Below, one piece after another: positions 1 to 10,457 of a DNA stretch of 64,000 nt. The notes beneath the pieces are model-generated. The model ran no database searches. It worked only from the letters and a program-made list of their open reading frames with translations, and was not told the DNA's origin. Position 1 is the stretch's first letter. Every line of letters begins with the position of its first letter. The DNA is taken from IMG/VR virus record IMGVR_UViG_3300025927_000002, one strand, 5' to 3'. Made by a program: the position numbers and the translations under genes. Source of the stretch: an uncultured virus (IMG/VR IMGVR_UViG_3300025927_000002). Lineage: Duplodnaviria > Heunggongvirae > Uroviricota > Caudoviricetes.

Positions 1-132
1 CCGGAAGACCCTTCCCCGGCTAGGCCGGTTCCGCCCTTGGGGCGATGTCGCGGGTTCTTTCTGTTTCCGCGCCGGGTTGCTTTGGCTATGGTGCCTCGGG
101 TCCGGAGCCCGTGTCTGTCTGACCATCCCAAT

Positions 133-147
133 ATGACACCGTGTCAT
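133..147. promoter_or_regulatory. Perfect palindrome ATGACAC-C-GTGTCAT within a leftward sigma70-like promoter
   Basis: 7-bp inverted repeat; minus strand reads TTGCGC-N17-CATATT across it. Confidence 0.5.
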
Positions 148-200
148 CAGATGCGCAAGCCCTATTTGGTAACAGCCATAAAAATAATTCGGTGATCTAA

Positions 201-386
201 ATGACTGAACCGAACGCGCTGCTGCTCAAGGCTGGCCGCAATGGCCGGGCCGAGGGTTGGTCGGACGCGTGTGTCGCAATCGCTTGGCGTCTGCGCCTAC
301 GCGCGGAGGCGCGCGTTATCGATCGGGACGAGCTGCTCGCATTCGCCGCTGAGCTGCCGGGCCTGCCTTATGGAGCCATTGAATGA
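201..386 (+). CDS. hypothetical protein
   Basis: 61-aa ORF, ATGA overlap with the next gene. Confidence 0.4.
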   Translation: MTEPNALLLKAGRNGRAEGWSDACVAIAWRLRLRAEARVIDRDELLAFAAELPGLPYGAIE

Positions 387-691
387 CTATCCTGCAATCG
401 ATCATACGCGCGCTCGGGTGCGCGGAAGATCAGAAAGAGCCGGTTGACGTCGCGCGCATGCTTGACGATATGGCCGCCGGGGCTGAGCCGCATCTTGACT
501 GGCGCCACTCGGTTGTCGATCTGATGAAGCTGTTGGGTCTCGATAGCAGCGTATCTGCGCGCCGCGCGCTCGCGGAGGATCTGCGGTATCGCGGCGAATT
601 CGATGGTCCCCATATGAATCAATGGCTGCACCAGCAAATCATGCATCGTGTCGCTGACAATGGCGGCGTCGTGCCGCCGGAGCTGCTGTGA
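383..691 (+). CDS. DUF3597-family protein
   Basis: LDWRHSVVDLMKLLGLDSS...MNQWLHQQIM...NGGVVP is typical of DUF3597. Confidence 0.8.
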   Translation: MTILQSIIRALGCAEDQKEPVDVARMLDDMAAGAEPHLDWRHSVVDLMKLLGLDSSVSARRALAEDLRYRGEFDGPHMNQWLHQQIMHRVADNGGVVPPELL

Positions 692-781
692 TGAAAAGCA
701 AGCCAACGCCGAAGGGCAAGCCCGCGCCGTTTTCGATGAAAGGAAAGCCGGGCAAGAAAGGCGTGAAGGGCTGCTGAGATA

Positions 782-1207
782 ATGCGTCGCTCGTCAAACT
801 ATACACCAGAGATTGCCGAGGCAATTTGTGAGCGGATTGCGGCGGGCGAAGCTTTGGCTGCGATTTGCCGTGATGAAGGCTTCCCTCCTGAAAGTACAGT
901 GAGGCGGTGGGCGATTGATGATCGCGACGGTTTTGCTGCGAGATACGCGCTCGCGCGGGATCGACAAATAGAGCATTTCGAGGACGAAATCATTGCTTTG
1001 GGCGATTCAATGCTCGGCACTGATAATAATGCGGCGGTCAGTGCGGCAAAGCTAGCGAGCGACAATCGCAAGTGGCTGATGTCCAAGCTCAAGCCGCACA
1101 AATACGGTGACAGGCTCGCGGTCGGCGGCGACGCGGACAATCCGCTAAAGGTCTATCACCAAGTCGCTTATGTAATTGTCGATCCGAAAGAGCCGAGCGA
1201 GGGCTGA
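782..1207 (+). CDS. terS: terminase small subunit (Sf6/P22 gp-like HTH)
   Basis: YTPEIAEAICERIAAGEAL..IC...P..STV.RW; DNRKWLMSKLKPHKYGDR. Confidence 0.9.
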   Translation: MRRSSNYTPEIAEAICERIAAGEALAAICRDEGFPPESTVRRWAIDDRDGFAARYALARDRQIEHFEDEIIALGDSMLGTDNNAAVSAAKLASDNRKWLMSKLKPHKYGDRLAVGGDADNPLKVYHQVAYVIVDPKEPSEG

Positions 1208-1447
1208 TGCTCGGCGTTTTGTCCTGGGTGACTGACGCCGCTGCCATTGTCGCGGGGATCGGGGCGCTAAGTATCTTGTTCATGATGTTTGTCGGCCGCT
1301 GATTTCTGCCACTGACTCTAGATTGAGTGGCGTCAACAAGCCTGCTACGCTGAATCCATTCATATGGCAGACGGAGCGCGGGCTTTTCGGGCCTGACGCT
1401 GAACCCTGCCCATGTGGCACACTGTCTTAAATAACGCGAGGCTGTTA

Positions 1448-2173
1448 ATGAGCGTCGAGGCCGTCACGATCGGGGCGGCGACGCTCTATTTGGGAGACTG
1501 CCGCGAGGTGCTGCCGGCACTCGGCATGGTCGATGCGATCGTGACCGACCCGCCTTATGGAATACCGCATAAGTTCTCTCCGCAAAAAGGCGCTGGAAGA
1601 AAAGGCACGCGGACCCTAAACTTCTCTTGGGACACCCTCTCTATAAACTCTGTCGTTTTTGATGCAATCAGCGCAATTGCGCTCAAAGTGCAGTCTGCTT
1701 TTGTTTTCTGCGGTCTTACGCAGGCCAGCGTCATTGCTGGCGCCCTTCGCGCCGCCGGGCTTATTGATAAGCCTGCGGCCTGGGTGAAAAAGTGTCCTGC
1801 GCCGGCCGCGCCCGGTAATTGGTGGCCGTCAGCTTTTGAACTCGCGGTGTATGCGTATCGGCGAGGCGCGTGGTTCGGGGATACAGACACGAAGCGTCGG
1901 AATGTCTTCATCGCAGACAGCTATCGACATGGACAGCCGGGTAAAGTGGCGCATCCAACGCAAAAGCCGCTTGTGCTTATGGAGCGGATTGTCGGCGCGA
2001 TTGTCGCGCCCGGCCGTATTGCCCTTGATCCCTTCATGGGCAGTGGCACCACGGGCGTAGCATGCGCGCAGCTCGGCCGCCGCTTCATCGGCATTGAGAT
2101 TGAGCCGCGCTATTTCGAGATTGCCTGCCACCGGATCGAGGCTGCACAAATACAAGAGCGGATGGCTGTATGA
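1448..2173 (+). CDS. N6-adenine/N4-cytosine DNA methyltransferase (beta class)
   Basis: TDPPY, HPTQKP and LDPFMGSGTTG motifs. Confidence 0.92.
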   Translation: MSVEAVTIGAATLYLGDCREVLPALGMVDAIVTDPPYGIPHKFSPQKGAGRKGTRTLNFSWDTLSINSVVFDAISAIALKVQSAFVFCGLTQASVIAGALRAAGLIDKPAAWVKKCPAPAAPGNWWPSAFELAVYAYRRGAWFGDTDTKRRNVFIADSYRHGQPGKVAHPTQKPLVLMERIVGAIVAPGRIALDPFMGSGTTGVACAQLGRRFIGIEIEPRYFEIACHRIEAAQIQERMAV

Positions 2174-2499
2174 ACCGACTGATCGCCCTTTGCGCGGCGG
2201 CATTGCTTTGCGTGCCGGCGCTGGCCTATGGCGAGATCGACTTTATGCCTGGCAGCCCGTGCGTCAGCGTGATACCGGGCACAAAGGCGGTACATGTCAC
2301 CCATCCCGTCCAGCGGGCCTGGGAGCTTTGCCAACGCCCCGAATTCCTTGCGGTCCGCGCCGAGGCTTGCGCGAAAATTACCCAGCTCTATGCCGAGACT
2401 GGGATAGCGGCGCGCGAGCAAGCCGAAAGCGACAAGGCGGACCAGGAATACATCACGTGCGAGCTGCGATACATTGACAGCGTGGCGGCGCCGCGATGA
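2170..2499 (+). CDS. secreted hypothetical protein
   Basis: Sec-type signal MNRLIALCAAALLCVPALA; overlaps both neighbours. Confidence 0.6.
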   Translation: MNRLIALCAAALLCVPALAYGEIDFMPGSPCVSVIPGTKAVHVTHPVQRAWELCQRPEFLAVRAEACAKITQLYAETGIAAREQAESDKADQEYITCELRYIDSVAAPR

Positions 2500-2825
2500 A
2501 CCGCCGCCGTCTGATTTCCGCCTGTATGGTGGCTGTGCCGGGACTGTTTGCGGCGCGTGCTGCGGGGGCGGCATTGGATGACATAGATCCTGACGTCTTC
2601 CCCAGAGGCAACATAGCCGGCCCGATGACGCCGCCCGATTGCGATCGTCAATTAGACTGTCGGTTCGCGGCCGGCATGTCGACCGCGACAGCGAGGTACT
2701 GCGGGCCGGCTGAGTATAGTCGCGCCGGGACGGTGGTCTCCGAGCCTAATGATTGCAACGTCACGACGACGCAATGGTCTTGCCAGACCTGCGGTAAGTC
2801 CTGGGAAGAGAAATCTCCTACCTAA
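2496..2825 (+). CDS. Cys-rich hypothetical protein with twin-Arg-like N-terminus
   Basis: MNRRRLIS plus hydrophobic stretch; C-terminal CQTCGK. Confidence 0.55.
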   Translation: MNRRRLISACMVAVPGLFAARAAGAALDDIDPDVFPRGNIAGPMTPPDCDRQLDCRFAAGMSTATARYCGPAEYSRAGTVVSEPNDCNVTTTQWSCQTCGKSWEEKSPT

Positions 2826-3678
2826 TGCTAGGCAATACCGAAACTGCGCTGTGGTGCGCCGTTCTCGCGCAGGCATTCTATGATGCGACCAACCGGCTGC
2901 CGGTTGACTACAAGCACTAGCACGTCGATTGCGATGAAGCGCGCCGCTGGCTGGTCTATCCGAGCGAAGAATTTTCCGAGGTCTGCGAAATGGCGGGAGT
3001 TGATGCTGAAGTCGTTCGGCAGTGTGCGATTGACATCGCGCTCGATGGCTGGCAACGGCCGTATTGATGCCGCCTGAGATCCTGTTCGCCGCGTTTGGAC
3101 CCACGGTCGCGCTCTGTCTGGTTGTGCTTGGCCTGGCTTGGTTGTCGGGTGGTCGGTAAGTGCTCACCACTATAGTCGCCCTCGGGTTTTTGGTGCTGTG
3201 GGTTGCCTTACTGCTCGGGGCGCTTTTCTTGGAAGACCTCATCTGGTGGCGGAAGTGACGCTAACCGAAGCGCTTGGGATATTGCGCGACCGCGCCGGCT
3301 ATCTCAAAGGCCGCATCATCGCCAAGCAGGCCGTCGGCTGGGAATTCCAGTATGATGAGCGCGAGCGCGCGGCACTGGAGCTGGCCATCGTGGCGGCTGA
3401 GCGCGATACAAGCACGGACGCCGAATGAGCGTCGGGTTAGTTGCAATAGTCGTGATTGGGTGGTCTCCGTAGTTGCCGTAAGGCGCTACTGTGGCTACGT
3501 CGGCGGGTTTGGGTTTGCCCACCGCCAACACAAGGGCGGTTCTCCTGGCAGGGAGAAGCCGCCCTTCGTGTTTATGGTTCGACGGACCACCTCTCCGTCG
3601 CACATCAGCCAATTGCAATGAGTTACGCGCTAACCTGTCGATAACCCATCTTGCTACCCATCATACTGAGGCGGGCTT

Positions 3679-4947
3679 ATGGCGTCGCTAGACCTGGAGG
3701 TAGCGCGGGTCTTTAAGCCGCTGCTCGGTAGTGCGCGGTTTCTTGCGGCGCACGGCGGGCGTGGTTCGGGCAAATCCCATTTCTTTGCCGGCAAGATGAT
3801 CGCCCGCGCCATTGCCGAACCTGGGCTGCGCGCTGTCTGCATCCGCGAAATCCAGCGAAGCTTGGCGCAGTCGGTTAAGCGCCTGCTCGAAGATAAAATT
3901 ATAGCTCTGGGCGTTGGCCACCTGTTTGAAGTGCTCGAATCTGAGATCCGCACCCCTGGCAATGGGCTGATTGTCTTCCAGGGCATGCAAAACCACACGG
4001 CGGGATCGATTAAGTCTCTGGAAGGCTTTGATATTGCCTGGGTCGAGGAAGCGCAAAGCCTATCGCTGCGCAGCCTCAACCTGTTGCGCCCGACCATCCG
4101 GAAGGATGGCTCAGAGCTGTGGTTTAGCTGGAACCCGGATAACGAAACCGACCCGGTCGATCGCTTCCTACGAGGCCGCAACAAGCCGCCGAATGCGATC
4201 GTGGTGCAGGCGAACTATCTCGACAACCGATGGTGCTCAAAAGCACTGCTCGGCGAGGCCGAACTAGATAAAAGCGACCCCGATAAGTACGCGCATGTGT
4301 GGCTCGGCGAGTACCAGCGAGCGGTTGAGGGCGCTTACTACGCTGACGGGTTGCGGCGCGCCGATGAAGAGGGGCGGATTGTTCCGCTATCGGTCGATCC
4401 GATCCTGAGCATCAAAGCAAGCTGGGATATCGGCATCAACGATGCGACGGCCATTTGGATTTCGCAATGGGTTGGTGGCCAGATCCGGTTTCTTGACTAC
4501 ATCGAGGGTCAAGGCCAAGCGCTTGGGTTTTACACCGCTGAGCTACGTAAGCGCGGCTATGCTCGCGCCGAGTGCATCCTGCCGCACGATGGGGCGCATC
4601 GCGACAAGGCGTTCGCGATGACCTACCAACAGCATTTGCAGGAAGCTGGGTTCGACGTACCGCCGCCGATTAAGAACCAGGGCAAAGGGGCCGACATGCT
4701 GCGGGTTGAGACCGCGCGTCGGTGGTTTCCGAGAATGTGGTTCGACGCGGAAAAGACGCATGCTGGCCGCAAGGCATTGGCCTCGTATCATGAGCGTCGC
4801 GACGAGGATAGGCAGATTGGGTTGGGTCCGGAGCACAATTGGGCATCGCATGCGGCCGATAGTTTTGGGCTTATGGCGTGCGCCTATACCGAGCCAACCA
4901 CTAGCCTCGGGGTGATCCCGAAGCGGGACATGAGCTGGGTGGTGTAA
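3679..4947 (+). CDS. terL: terminase large subunit (PBSX/terminase_3 type)
   Basis: Walker A HGGRGSGKS, Walker B AWVEEAQ, nuclease SWDIG..D and SHAADSF. Confidence 0.96.
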   Translation: MASLDLEVARVFKPLLGSARFLAAHGGRGSGKSHFFAGKMIARAIAEPGLRAVCIREIQRSLAQSVKRLLEDKIIALGVGHLFEVLESEIRTPGNGLIVFQGMQNHTAGSIKSLEGFDIAWVEEAQSLSLRSLNLLRPTIRKDGSELWFSWNPDNETDPVDRFLRGRNKPPNAIVVQANYLDNRWCSKALLGEAELDKSDPDKYAHVWLGEYQRAVEGAYYADGLRRADEEGRIVPLSVDPILSIKASWDIGINDATAIWISQWVGGQIRFLDYIEGQGQALGFYTAELRKRGYARAECILPHDGAHRDKAFAMTYQQHLQEAGFDVPPPIKNQGKGADMLRVETARRWFPRMWFDAEKTHAGRKALASYHERRDEDRQIGLGPEHNWASHAADSFGLMACAYTEPTTSLGVIPKRDMSWVV

Positions 4948-5007
4948 AAGAACGGTATAAACGAATCTTAATGTAGCTAACCCCTAACCTCAAAAGGAAT
5001 ATTCATC

Positions 5008-5439
5008 ATGGCAACAACCGCGCTCGAAGAGCTGGAAAACTCGGTTAATGATGCAGTCAACAGGCTGCGGCGCGCGACCGAAGACAAAGAGTCTGGCGGC
5101 GATGGCAATATTGACAACCATCCGAAGGTCAAAGAGCTGCGGAAGCGGCTGCATACTGCGATGGAGGCGCATCGCAAAGCCATGGGAGACGAGGGCGAAG
5201 GCGAAGGTGGCCGTCCTGCGCCGGCATCGCGGATAGCGGCGACGCCCGAGGATGTGCTGTCGAGCCCCTACCCAGGTTCCGAGCCGCGCTACGTGAAGCA
5301 GCACGACGGCCATCCTGATCCGATCGAGCGGGCGCGCCCGACGCCACCGGCACAGGCCGCTGGTCGCGTTACCGAGGACGAGCCGAAGCTCGATGACGAT
5401 GCGAAGAAGCCGGCTGCTGCGGCTGCGGCAAAACGGTAG
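5008..5439 (+). CDS. hypothetical low-complexity protein
   Basis: AGGA RBS; 143-aa ORF. Confidence 0.6.
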   Translation: MATTALEELENSVNDAVNRLRRATEDKESGGDGNIDNHPKVKELRKRLHTAMEAHRKAMGDEGEGEGGRPAPASRIAATPEDVLSSPYPGSEPRYVKQHDGHPDPIERARPTPPAQAAGRVTEDEPKLDDDAKKPAAAAAAKR

Positions 5440-5463
5440 CAGCCCCGGGCGAGAGCCTGGTCT

Positions 5464-5694
5464 CTAGGCTCTCGCTGCTTGCCTGATATCATCCGCCAAG
5501 ATGCGGGCATCTTCTTTGGTTAGCGAAAACCGGATCAAATCCGGCGCATGCTGGATGGTGTCTGTGCCGCCGTAAACGATGACGAAGGATATCCGCCCAT
5601 TATGGGATAGCGAAACCTCAACCGAGGTGTTTGCGCTATCCTTGATGATGTCTGTGGTGCTTATACGGATCATGTCAATCATTCTTTTGCTCAA
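5464..5694 (-). CDS. hypothetical protein (antisense moron)
   Basis: 76-aa ORF, last of three overlapping minus-strand ORFs; start uncertain. Confidence 0.45.
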   Translation of the reverse strand: MSKRMIDMIRISTTDIIKDSANTSVEVSLSHNGRISFVIVYGGTDTIQHAPDLIRFSLTKEDARILADDIRQAARA

Positions 5695-5989
5695 TTAGTT
5701 CAACACTCCGTCGCCACTCGGCTTGGTGATCGATCATAACCCCCATCCGATCGAGCCGAGAGAAATGCTGACAGGTTCGCACGATTAGGCCGAGTGTCGA
5801 ATCCATCCGATCTGGCGGAACTCGCTTTAATATCAGCGAAATCATTAAGATCAGGGAATCTGGCCAGGTTTCCGGCAGATTATGTTCGAACCCCAGCTCG
5901 ACCGCAATCCGACGTGGCATGGGGTTAGTCATGGGGTTAGTCATTCGGGCGCCCTTCTGGGCGCCACCAGAGATCGATAGTTTTTTCAT
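5675..5989 (-). CDS. hypothetical protein (antisense moron)
   Basis: ORF in the minus-strand cluster; true start probably near 5944 (MTNP). Confidence 0.45.
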   Translation of the reverse strand: MKKLSISGGAQKGARMTNPMTNPMPRRIAVELGFEHNLPETWPDSLILMISLILKRVPPDRMDSTLGLIVRTCQHFSRLDRMGVMIDHQAEWRRSVELIEQKND

Positions 5990-6197
5990 CTGGGGGAGGG
6001 CGGTTGCCGGTGAGCGCCCATGTTGTCCACAATTCGCCGAGGCGATACAATTCTACCCAAACGCCCGGCGGTGGTGGATCAGTCGTGACGGGTCGCCATT
6101 TGGTGGCGCGAAGCAGGCGAATGTTGCTTTCGCGGATCTGCGCAGCGCTAGCCTTGTCTGACTGAGCCCGGGTTTTTAGTCGCTCTAACATCCCCAT
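5937..6197 (-). CDS. hypothetical protein (antisense moron)
   Basis: 86-aa ORF with WRPV..DPP...W motif typical of small phage proteins. Confidence 0.5.
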   Translation of the reverse strand: MGMLERLKTRAQSDKASAAQIRESNIRLLRATKWRPVTTDPPPPGVWVELYRLGELWTTWALTGNRPPPDEKTIDLWWRPEGRPND

Positions 6198-6250
6198 ACC
6201 CTACCACAACCCCGCCCGCAACGGTGAGGGTTTTTGTGTCTGGAACATGA

Positions 6251-8785
6251 ATGCAATCTCGCGGAAAAATGACCGACCGCGAGCTTGCGGGGATCATCAA
6301 CACACAAATTGAAGATGCTGTTGCCTACGACTCAGGCGAGATGTCGAAACTGCGCCAGAAGGCGCTGCAGTATTATGAGGGTCACGAGACCCTCGGTGGG
6401 GACGTCCCGGCTCAGAAGGGCCGCTCCAGCGTTGTCAGCCGCGATGTATCCGATACGCACGGCTGGGTCATGCCGCAAATGCAACGGATATTCACCGGCG
6501 GTGAGCGCACTGTTGTGTACGAGCCGCGGCGGCGTGAAGCAGAAGAGGGCGCTTCACAGGCGACGGATTATGTCAACTACCTGTTTCGCTCCGAATGCGA
6601 TGGCTACTCCGTGCTGTACGATGCGTTCTGGGATGGGCTGGCGCTCGGCAATGGCATCATTAAGCACTGGTGGGATAGCACGCCGGCGTATTGCACAGAA
6701 ACCCTGTCGGGGATTGCCGAAGCGCGGTATATTGATACCGTCAACGATCCCAACGTTGAAGTCCTGGAGCATACAGAACGCGATGATCCGAACTACACCA
6801 ACGTGGCCGACCCCGGAGGAATGGATGGCCCGTTGGGAGGCAATGCAGGAGGCGCAGCGGCTCTTGGTGGAGAATCGGGAGACGGAGCGCCGGCAGCGGC
6901 AGCGGGAGCGCTTGGCGGCGGGCCAGGGCAGCCCCTTCCAAACCCCAGCGAGTCTCCGGGCGGCTTCAATGGCGATGCAGATAGATATGGCGTTCCGAGC
7001 ATCGCAGGAGATGCCGCAGGAGGAATGGCAGGCGCTGCGCCCCCGGCTGCCGCGCAGCCTCCGGGATTTGCTGGACTAGCTCCCCCGAAACTGCACGACC
7101 TAAAAATCAAACGCAAACGCTACGACGGCCGCGTTCGGATTGCCGCGGTTCCGCACGAAGAGTTTCGCATTGATCGCAACGCGCTGAAGCTGGACGAAGA
7201 GCATGTTCTGTTTTGCGCGCACGTCAGTCACAATCGCACCCGCGGCTCGCTGATCCAGGATTATCCGGATCAGCGCACCGCTATCGAGGATCTGCCGGCC
7301 TATATCGCGGGCGGCGATGATAAAGGCGCGCGAGCCGCACGCGGCATGTCCGGTGGCAGCAATGCCTCGCCCGATCACAGCACCGACCTTATAGAGGTAT
7401 GGGAGTGCTACGTACAGATTGACTTCAACTCAGACGGTGTTCCTGAGTGGCGTCAGGTTATTATGGCCGCGGGCAATCAGACCGGCGTTGAAGGCCATAT
7501 GATGCTGGCGAATGAAGAATGGGGCGATCCGCTGCCGTTCTCCGATGTTGTGCCGGACCCGATGCCGCATCGGTGGCGCGGCGGGTCGCTGTATGATGAT
7601 CTCGCTGATATTCAGCAAATAAAGACGGTTTTCCTGCGCGGTTTCGCGGATAATTTGTATTGGGCAAATAACCCGCAGCGGGAAGTGGTCATTTCCGCGG
7701 TTGACCCGGCCAGCATGGAGGAGCTGTATAATCCGACCTATGGCGGCAACGTGTTTGTCAAGCAGGCTGGTGTCGTCAATACCTTGCCCGTTCCGTTTAT
7801 TGCCGACAAGCTGACGGTTGGGCTGGATTGGTTTGACAAAATCCGCGAATTTCGTACTGGCGTATCAGCGGCGACGGCTGGTCTCGATCCTGAGACCTTG
7901 CAGAATCAAACCGCGATGGCCGCGAGCCTGGCATCGGCAGCCAGCCACGCCAAAAACGAACTGCGCGCCCGCAATTGCGCGGAAGGCGGCATCAAGCGGA
8001 TGTTTGGTTGCCTCTTGAAGCTGATAACGCAACATCAGGACAAGACCAGGACGATCAAGCTACGCGGCGAATGGGTCGATATGAACCCGAATTCCTGGGA
8101 TGCCGACATGAACGTTATTGTTAATGTTGGTCTTGGCTCCGGCTCGCGCGAGCATGATGTCGCGATATTGCAAGCCATTAGCCTGGAGCAGAAAGCGATT
8201 ATCCAGGGCTTGACGCCAATGGTTGCGGCGCAGTTTGGCATGGGGCCGGATGTTGTGTTCGCGACCGACCGCAAGATGGTCGAGGCGGCTGGGCTGAAAT
8301 CGCCGGAAACCTATTTCCCGGAGATTTCAAAGGACGATGTTCAGCAATTGATGCAACAGATGTTGCAGCAGCAGCAACAGGCGCCGGACCCGAAAATGGC
8401 CGAATCGCAGGCTAAAATCCAGGTAATGCAGCAAGAAGCTCAGGCTAAGGCGCAGGCCGACCAGCAACGCATGGCTACGGAACAGCAGGCCAAGCAACAG
8501 CAGGCGGCGTTGGATTGGCAGCACAAACAGCAGCAATCCGAGATTGATAATCAGCACCGCGAACGCGAAATCCAGATGAAGGGCGCGGCCATGGTGCAAG
8601 AGCTGAATATGAAGCATCAGCTCGCCCTTGAGCAGGCGCAGCGCGATTTCGCGTTGAAGCAGCAAGAAATGCAGGCTGGCTCAGAACTGAAGCTGCGCGA
8701 GCTTCAGATGGAGGCTGAGCTAAAGCGCGAGGAAATGAAGATGCGGCCACAGCAAGAGCCCAACATTCAGCAGGCTGAGACGTGA
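6251..8785 (+). CDS. portal protein
   Basis: ALQYYEG...GRSSVVSRDV, GIIKHWWD, VNVGLG and Q-rich C-terminal barrel; follows terL. Confidence 0.92.
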   Translation: MQSRGKMTDRELAGIINTQIEDAVAYDSGEMSKLRQKALQYYEGHETLGGDVPAQKGRSSVVSRDVSDTHGWVMPQMQRIFTGGERTVVYEPRRREAEEGASQATDYVNYLFRSECDGYSVLYDAFWDGLALGNGIIKHWWDSTPAYCTETLSGIAEARYIDTVNDPNVEVLEHTERDDPNYTNVADPGGMDGPLGGNAGGAAALGGESGDGAPAAAAGALGGGPGQPLPNPSESPGGFNGDADRYGVPSIAGDAAGGMAGAAPPAAAQPPGFAGLAPPKLHDLKIKRKRYDGRVRIAAVPHEEFRIDRNALKLDEEHVLFCAHVSHNRTRGSLIQDYPDQRTAIEDLPAYIAGGDDKGARAARGMSGGSNASPDHSTDLIEVWECYVQIDFNSDGVPEWRQVIMAAGNQTGVEGHMMLANEEWGDPLPFSDVVPDPMPHRWRGGSLYDDLADIQQIKTVFLRGFADNLYWANNPQREVVISAVDPASMEELYNPTYGGNVFVKQAGVVNTLPVPFIADKLTVGLDWFDKIREFRTGVSAATAGLDPETLQNQTAMAASLASAASHAKNELRARNCAEGGIKRMFGCLLKLITQHQDKTRTIKLRGEWVDMNPNSWDADMNVIVNVGLGSGSREHDVAILQAISLEQKAIIQGLTPMVAAQFGMGPDVVFATDRKMVEAAGLKSPETYFPEISKDDVQQLMQQMLQQQQQAPDPKMAESQAKIQVMQQEAQAKAQADQQRMATEQQAKQQQAALDWQHKQQQSEIDNQHREREIQMKGAAMVQELNMKHQLALEQAQRDFALKQQEMQAGSELKLRELQMEAELKREEMKMRPQQEPNIQQAET

Positions 8786-9042
8786 CCGAAGCCGAATTGC
8801 GCCGCCACGCCTCTGAGGCGCAAAACCTGCTAAGCGCGCCTGTCTTCCGTGACGCCCTGAAGGCGCTGGAAGACGAGACGATCGAAGAATTGCTCGCGAC
8901 TAAGACAATGTGGCGTTGGGGCGACCGCAAGCGGCGGGTGCTGGCTGACCGGGTCAATGCGATCCGCGATCTAAAGCACCGCCTGGAGATAGCGGTGCAG
9001 ATGGGATTGCACGCGGCTGAGCGGGCAAGGTTGGGGATTTAG
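8782..9042 (+). CDS. small conserved head-region protein
   Basis: AQNLL..PVF..AL pattern; GTGA overlap with portal. Confidence 0.7.
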   Translation: MTEAELRRHASEAQNLLSAPVFRDALKALEDETIEELLATKTMWRWGDRKRRVLADRVNAIRDLKHRLEIAVQMGLHAAERARLGI

Positions 9043-9314
9043 TCGTCGGGTTCCTCGTGCTCGTCGTGTGCTGCTAAATACTCTTCCTTAGAGACTACTG
9101 TTGGCACGCCGTTAACGTACACGACAAATCGCGTCCCGTCGTTAAGCCGCCGCCATTCGGCGTGGTTGTCTTCTTCGTGGAATTCGCTGATTAGCGTCTG
9201 TTTCTGAGGGGCGGAGACGTCCACCAGCAGGCCGCGCTTATGCAGTGCAGCCACTTTATCCGCCAAGTTCTTCGTAGCTTCGATCATGAATCGAGGCAGT
9301 TCAGTCGCGGCCAT
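9039..9314 (-). CDS. hypothetical protein (antisense moron)
   Basis: GGAGG RBS before ATG at 9314; 91 aa. Confidence 0.55.
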   Translation of the reverse strand: MAATELPRFMIEATKNLADKVAALHKRGLLVDVSAPQKQTLISEFHEEDNHAEWRRLNDGTRFVVYVNGVPTVVSKEEYLAAHDEHEEPDD

Positions 9315-9368
9315 TAACGCCTCCACCGGAATTCCAGCGCCTGCGGGCGCCGCATTAACGGATAACCC

Positions 9369-10445
9369 ATGTCTGACAATACCACCGCTGCGCCTGTGGG
9401 CGCCAGCGAACAAATCACTGCGCCTACAGATACCGGCCCGACGGACCGAGCCTCTGCGGTGGCTTTGTTGGCCGGCCTGGATACGCCGCCCGAGGCACCG
9501 GCTGCGGCCACGCCCGAGGCGAACACCCAGGAGCCCGTTGAAACGCCAACCGAAGAAGCACCGGCTGAGGCCGCTGCGGCAGATGAAGGCGAAGACGCGC
9601 CGACCGAAGAGGTCGCTGCGACAGAAGACACTGACCCCAAAGCTGACGATGAAGAGCCCGAAGTCATCATCCACGGCAACGCGATGCTCGTCCTGCGGGA
9701 TGGCACCAAAGTGCGTGCGAGTGAGGCGCGTAAGGCAATCGGCACGCTGCGGGAATACGAAGCTAAGGTTCCTGATCTAGCCGCCACTGCGGCGAGAATC
9801 CAGGAACGCGAAGCACAACTCGCCCAGCAAGAGCAGACCGTCCAGAATGCGTTGGCGCAAGCCTACCAAATCGTTAATGCCTACATTCCGCCCGCACCAG
9901 ACCCGGCTCTCCGTCACGCTGATTTTATCGGCTACATGGAGCAAAAGGAGCTGCGTGAGGAAGCCCTGAATAATCTTCGCCAAGTACAAAGCGCTGCCGA
10001 GGCCGAGCAAGCTCAGCACTTGCAGAAATCGGAGCAGGCCCGCGAGGCCGAGCGCAAGGCAATGCTGGAGCGGAGTTACAAGACGCTTAGCGAGAGGGTC
10101 CCCGGTATCGATAGCCCTGAGGGGCTCCAGAAATTCTACGGGGATATCGCGAAAGCAGCCGCGCCTTACGGTATTTCGGCCGAAGAGGTCAACAATACCG
10201 TGCATGCGCCGTTGCTGCACATGGTGCATGAGATGTCGAAAGAGGTCGCGGCCTATCGAAAGCTCATGGCGCAGAAAGCAACCGCAGAGGTAAAGGCAAA
10301 AGCGGCGCCGCCGGTACAACCCCCGGGGCGTAGGGTATCAGCGGAACAGGCGGCAAATCAGGCATCGGACACTCAGCTCAGGCAGTGGCGAGACAGCGGG
10401 GCGTCGCGCGCAGGTGCGGCGGCCATCCTTGGCAATCTCGATTAG
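9369..10445 (+). CDS. capsid scaffolding protein
   Basis: Acidic N-terminus, coiled coil, position directly before the capsid gene. Confidence 0.8.
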   Translation: MSDNTTAAPVGASEQITAPTDTGPTDRASAVALLAGLDTPPEAPAAATPEANTQEPVETPTEEAPAEAAAADEGEDAPTEEVAATEDTDPKADDEEPEVIIHGNAMLVLRDGTKVRASEARKAIGTLREYEAKVPDLAATAARIQEREAQLAQQEQTVQNALAQAYQIVNAYIPPAPDPALRHADFIGYMEQKELREEALNNLRQVQSAAEAEQAQHLQKSEQAREAERKAMLERSYKTLSERVPGIDSPEGLQKFYGDIAKAAAPYGISAEEVNNTVHAPLLHMVHEMSKEVAAYRKLMAQKATAEVKAKAAPPVQPPGRRVSAEQAANQASDTQLRQWRDSGASRAGAAAILGNLD

Positions 10446-10457
10446 GAACTGTCTCTC

